NCBI GenBank assembly: GCA_963789955.1
Contig: CAWBMV010000014.1
Span: forward strand, 1 to 64,000
Source: an uncultured Candidatus Rokubacteria bacterium
GTDB taxonomy: Bacteria; Methylomirabilota; Methylomirabilia; Rokubacteriales; CSP1-6
DNA length: 64,000 nucleotides
Direction of reading: 5' to 3'
Part shown: positions 59,908 to 64,000 of the stretch, in pieces
Layout of the letters: each line of letters opens with the position of its first letter
Numbering within the stretch: the stretch's first letter is position 1
Notes under the pieces: model-generated
Database searches by the model: none
The model's input: only the letters and a program-made list of their open reading frames with translations
What the model was told of the DNA's origin: nothing
Position numbers and translations under genes: made by a program

Positions 59908-60999
59908 ATGCGGGCCTCGGTCCTGTTCGAGCAAGGCAAGCCGCTCTCGATCGAGGAGCTCGAGCTGGAGCCACCGCGCACCGGCGAGGTGCGCGTGCGC
60001 ATGGCGGCCAGCGGCGTTTGCCACTCCTGCCTGCACGCCGCCGACGGCTCGTGGAAGGGCGTGCCGGTGCCGATCGTGCTCGGCGACGAGGGGGCGGGCG
60101 TGGTGGAGGACGTCGGACCCGGCGTCGACGAGCTGCAGCCCGGCGACCACGTGATCCTGTCGTGGGCGCCGACGTGCGGACGCTGCCACTACTGCGTGAT
60201 CGGCCGACCGAACCTGTGCGAGCGCCGGCAGCCGGGCCGGGGCGTGCTGCCGGACGGCACCACGCGGATGTCGCTGCGCGGCCGCGCCGTCTACCACTAC
60301 GGCCACGTGGCGACGTACGCGTCGTCGACCGTCGTGCACGAGTCGTGCGCGATCAAGATCGACAAGAGCGTGCCGATCGACCGCGCGGCGCTCATCGGCT
60401 GCTCGGTGATGACGGGCGTCGGCGCCGTCATCAACACGGCGGCGGTGCCGCCGGGCGCCAGCATCGCCGTGTTCGGCGTGGGCGGCGTCGGGCTCAACGT
60501 GGTACAGGGCGGCGCGCTCGTCGCCGCGCACCCGCTGATCGCGGTCGACGTCAAGGCCGCCAAGCTCGAGCACGCGCGCGCGCTGGGCGCCAGCCACGGC
60601 GTGGACGCCTCGCGCGAGGACGCGGTCGCCGCCATTCGCCGCCTCACGCGTCTCGGCGCCGACTACACGTTCGTGGCGGTCGGCGACACGCGCGCGGTGA
60701 GCCAGGCCATCGACGCTCTGGCGCCCGGCGGCACCTGCGTGCTGATCGGCGTGCCAGAGACCGGCGCCATGGTCCCGATGGATGTGCGGCCGCTCGTGAC
60801 CGCCGAGCGCGTGATCCGCGGCTGCAGCTACGGCAGCGCGCGAACCCGCGAGGATTTACCGAGGCTGGCCAATCTCTACCTGGCCGGCAAGCTGAAGCTC
60901 GATCAGCTCATCACGCGCCGCTACAGCCTGGACGAGGCCAACGAGGCCTTCCGCGCACTCGCCGCTGGTGAGCTGGCGCGTGGCCTGATCGTGTTCTGA
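59908..60999 (+). CDS. Zn-dependent alcohol dehydrogenase (MDR family) with variant catalytic motifs
   Basis: structural CGRCHYC...C, G.GGVG, LIGC.V.TG.GA; CHSC and GDE replace CHSD and GHE. Confidence 0.9.
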   Translation: MRASVLFEQGKPLSIEELELEPPRTGEVRVRMAASGVCHSCLHAADGSWKGVPVPIVLGDEGAGVVEDVGPGVDELQPGDHVILSWAPTCGRCHYCVIGRPNLCERRQPGRGVLPDGTTRMSLRGRAVYHYGHVATYASSTVVHESCAIKIDKSVPIDRAALIGCSVMTGVGAVINTAAVPPGASIAVFGVGGVGLNVVQGGALVAAHPLIAVDVKAAKLEHARALGASHGVDASREDAVAAIRRLTRLGADYTFVAVGDTRAVSQAIDALAPGGTCVLIGVPETGAMVPMDVRPLVTAERVIRGCSYGSARTREDLPRLANLYLAGKLKLDQLITRRYSLDEANEAFRALAAGELARGLIVF

Positions 61000-61036
61000 C
61001 CATGGCCGGGGGGCTCGCTCACCCGCGGGAAAAGCC

Positions 61037-61441
61037 GTGCTTCGCGCAGCGACACCGGAGCGGTTGAACGCGATCTCTCCCGGTGACGCCGCGCCTGATG
61101 TGGTTCACTTTCGCGCATCTCTTTTCCGTGTCGCTGCTCCCGCTCTCGGCCGCCTGGATGGCCATGAGCGAATTGGCTCCCCAGCCGGTCTCCTTCTACG
61201 CGACGATCTTCTTCCTGGCGAACGGGGACGCACATATTTCTGATCGGGAGCTCATTGACCGCCACCCGGTCCATGACGTGCCGCCGAAGGTACGCAGGAT
61301 CATGCGCGTCCGATCGACCATGACCCTGTGTCTGATCGGAGCGGCCGCGGTCGTGGCGCTAAAGTTCCTCTCGTTGGATTGAGAGCGTGTGTGTGCTGCT
61401 TGGCTGTTTATCTGAAGCCGGAGGCTCCGCACGCGTCCTAA
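61037..61441 (+). pseudogene. degraded TMEM175/DUF1211 family membrane protein
   Basis: PERLNAIS start fused to TPRLMW..FAHLFSVSLLP...WMA..ELAPQPV.FYA.IFF.AN; internal deletion and frameshifts. Confidence 0.7.
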
Positions 61442-62178
61442 CCGATGACGATACCCGCCGTCTCGCGGCGCAACATCGCGATCAGGCTCGCCGCGACGGT
61501 GTGGATATCCTCCGCGCGTACGACGCGCGGCCTGGCCATCAGCTCGAAGACGCCGGCCCGCGAGCGCACCGTGAAGCCCATCGTGCGCCCGGCGCTTCCA
61601 CGCGGGGGACGCATGACGCGGACGTGAGTGGCGTCGAGTCCCGGGCCGGCCAGGGCCGCCGCGATCACGACGTTGACACCCTCGGGGAAGCGCAGCCCGA
61701 CCTCCCGCGCGGTTCCCTCGAATAGTAGCTCGGGCTCGGACGCCTCCCCGGCGCCGAGATCGATGAAGACGTCCAGGCTCTCCAGGCCCCCGGCCATGGC
61801 GGTCGCGATGCCATCGAACGCGGCAAGCGCACCCGGCGCGATGCGCAGCGCGTGTCCAGTGGACGCCGAGATGCCGCGGATCTCGCGCTCGAGGACCGGA
61901 TCGGCGAGAGGGATCGGACTCACCGCCCACACCTCGCAGCGCTCCAGCGCCGCCGGCACGAGGGCGCGGAAGGCCGCCGGACCGCCCGCCTCGATGATCA
62001 GATCGTGGCCGCCCGCGAGGAACTTGTCGGCGATATCGGTCACCGGGAAGCCATCGAGATCGCGTGGGGCACGAGCGAGCACCGCCGCCAGCGAATGCGA
62101 TCCGGCCTTTCCGGCCAGCAGCGCGCGTGCCACGGGACGGCCGATCGCCCCGCACCCGATGAGGCCGACCCGCTTCAT
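61438..62178 (-). CDS. aspartate dehydrogenase domain protein (NadX/DUF108-like)
   Basis: VGLIGCGAIG, IIEA.G, LFEGTARE....FP..VNV..A.ALAG.G.D. Confidence 0.8.
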   Translation of the reverse strand: MKRVGLIGCGAIGRPVARALLAGKAGSHSLAAVLARAPRDLDGFPVTDIADKFLAGGHDLIIEAGGPAAFRALVPAALERCEVWAVSPIPLADPVLEREIRGISASTGHALRIAPGALAAFDGIATAMAGGLESLDVFIDLGAGEASEPELLFEGTAREVGLRFPEGVNVVIAAALAGPGLDATHVRVMRPPRGSAGRTMGFTVRSRAGVFELMARPRVVRAEDIHTVAASLIAMLRRETAGIVIG

Positions 62179-62187
62179 CTGTCTAGC

Positions 62188-63563
62188 CTATCGACTCCCC
62201 GGACCGCGCCGCGGATCGGAAGCGGCATCGATGTAGCGCGTCGACGATGGTCCGACGCCGGTTATCTGCACGATCACAGATTCATCGCGGGTTTCCGCGA
62301 AGTGCGTGCGATTGGACGGTTCGGTGTAGAAGCTTCCGGGCGGCAGCGCCTTCAGCTCGACGCTGTCAAACGAGTCGCCGTAGCCGATGTACCAGGTCCC
62401 CGAGACAACCGTCGCCACCCGATCGTCCTGATGGTCATGGGCGGCAATGCGCGTGTGCGCCGGAATCTCGCAGCATGATCGTGTAGAGACCGGCGCGGTC
62501 CGGGTCTCCTTTCAGCACAACGGTTCGGATGCCGGAGATGCCCGAGGTGCCCGTGCCGGCCCCCGCACCGTCGGGAAACTTGAATTCGCTCGGCGTGACG
62601 CGCCGCTCGTCGGCCGAAGGGACGGGCTGCGCGGCCGCCGGAGTGCGATCCTTCAGGAAGTCCTGGATCAGGGCAACGGTGAACGCGGGGCTCTCCTCCA
62701 TCAACCAATGCCCGGCGCCGGGGACCACGGCTTCGCGCACATTCGTCGCGACGTTGCGCATGACGACAGCCTCGGTCGCGCCAAACGACTTCTCGCCCGC
62801 CGACGGCAAGTACGGGCATGCGTCAACTTGGTTCGCTGGAAGATCTTGTTGTCCTCGACATCCTGCGAGAAGGCGGTGAACTGCGCGAATCCGGCTCGCA
62901 TCGCCCCGGGCAGCGCGTACTGCGCCGCGTAGTATTTCCGCGTCGCCTCGTCGGGCTTGCGTCGGATCGCCGGAGAAGGCGTTCCAGATGCGGTCAAGAT
63001 AGATTCGCTCGCGTCCTTGCACCAGGCGCTCGGCATCGGGACCGTTGAAGGAGAAATGCCACAGCGCCGGATTTCGCACGATGTCATCCCACGGCGCGAT
63101 GCCCGGGATCGGCGCGTCCATGACGACGAGCCGTTCGACCTTGTCCGGGTAGCGCGCCGCATACGCGTAGGCGACCATGATGCCGATGTCGTGCGAAACC
63201 ACGGACGTCCGATCGTACCCGAGCGCCGTGACGACGGCTCTGATGTCCGCGGCCTGCGTTTTCTTGTCGTAACCTCCCGCCGGCTGAGACGAGCGTCCCA
63301 TCCCCCGCAGGTCCGGCACCACGACGGTGTAGCTCTTGGCGAGTTCAGCCGCAAGCGGGCGCCCAGGAATCGCTGGTTTCGGCATAACCATGGAGAAGGA
63401 CGACCACGGGGCCGGAACCACCGGAGCGGACGAAAATGTTCGCGCCATCCGGGCTGGCGACTGTCTGCGACTTGAACGTCGAGGGCAGCGAAGGTTGCGC
63501 GACGGCGGCGCTCGCGAATACGACGATGCCGAGCGTGGCCATGACGAGATTCCGTCTGATCAT
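62188..63563 (-). CDS. exported alpha/beta hydrolase fused to C-terminal cupin (several frameshifts)
   Basis: signal peptide, LLHGY, DLRGMG.S, SHDIG, GHW then GDP...GLYTI, H.H.DDR.ATV.SGTW..GYG, LPPGSFYTEP....HFA. Confidence 0.82.
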
Positions 63564-63878
63564 GAGGTCTCCGTGTATGCACCTGCGATGGGCGCAAGGG
63601 CCCATGCGGGCAGCTATGAACCTAGTCTCCCCGTCATCGCCAACGCGCGACCAACCCCTCCGGTCGCGGCCGGGCTGAGACTACGCTACCAGGATCCTGA
63701 TCCGTTGCGAGTCTGAAGCGCGTCGGGGTGCGTGGCCGCGATAACGCGTACCATGTCTTCTCGTTGTTCAGTGGTGTTTACGACTAAAGTCCGATTGCTC
63801 GCCGAGACGGATCCCTTCTACGATCCCGAGACACACCCCTTTCTACGTCGTGGTCGTGCTCTTGAAATAGGAGGCCGT

Positions 63879-64000
63879 ATGAAATCGAAGGTCGTGTCTT
63901 CAAGTCGGCATTTTGACTGTGGCGCTAACAGTGCCGGGCATCGTGATCACGCCCATGGTCGGATACGCGCAGACCGACTCGAAAGAGCGGCGGGACGACC
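63879..64000 (+). CDS. partial exported protein (runs off window)
   Basis: AGGAGG RBS plus ATG; hydrophobic ILTVALTVPGIV...AQT segment in a shifted frame. Confidence 0.45.
   Translation, partial: MKSKVVSSSRHFDCGANSAGHRDHAHGRIRADRLERAAGR

Noticed and set aside
30115..60971. Many long Arg/Pro/Gly-rich alternative-frame and antisense ORFs
   Set aside because: Shadow ORFs expected from high GC3 codon bias, overlapping well-supported genes
1363..63563. Frameshifts in more than a dozen genes as programmed frameshifting, phase variation or true pseudogenes
   Set aside because: They are scattered single-base indels, often in short homopolymers or GC repeats, in otherwise undecayed unrelated genes; long-read consensus error is the simplest explanation
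1..64000. CRISPR arrays, tRNA/rRNA, IS elements
   Set aside because: No regularly spaced repeats, cloverleaf motifs, rRNA-like tracts or transposase motifs seen by eye

Overview
GC-rich, gene-dense bacterial chromosomal window with no rRNA, tRNA, CRISPR array, transposase or prophage that I can recognise. The gene content (LLM oxidoreductases, amidohydrolases, CoA-transferase, many ABC binding proteins, lone Mo-enzyme subunits) is reminiscent of Ca. Rokubacteria/Methylomirabilota; that is inference only. More than a dozen otherwise intact genes are split by single-base indels, most likely long-read assembly errors. Highlights: (1) an OsmC-family peroxidase whose catalytic Cys codon is an in-frame UGA followed by a SECIS-like hairpin (probable selenoprotein), directly downstream of an uncharacterised DUF899/DUF2182/HTH/beta-propeller cluster; (2) a small-gene module with an RHH-like regulator, fatty-acid desaturase, a protein with a phage MuF-like PPFHPGCRC motif and an RRM RNA-binding protein with a structured leader, containing two related AT-rich islands; (3) an arsR-arsI-arsK-like-GNAT organoarsenical operon with a near-consensus, probably leaderless promoter; (4) a Zn-alcohol dehydrogenase with altered catalytic Zn motifs; (5) at least seven internally deleted or truncated gene remnants at block junctions. 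Family names come from motif recognition, not database searches.
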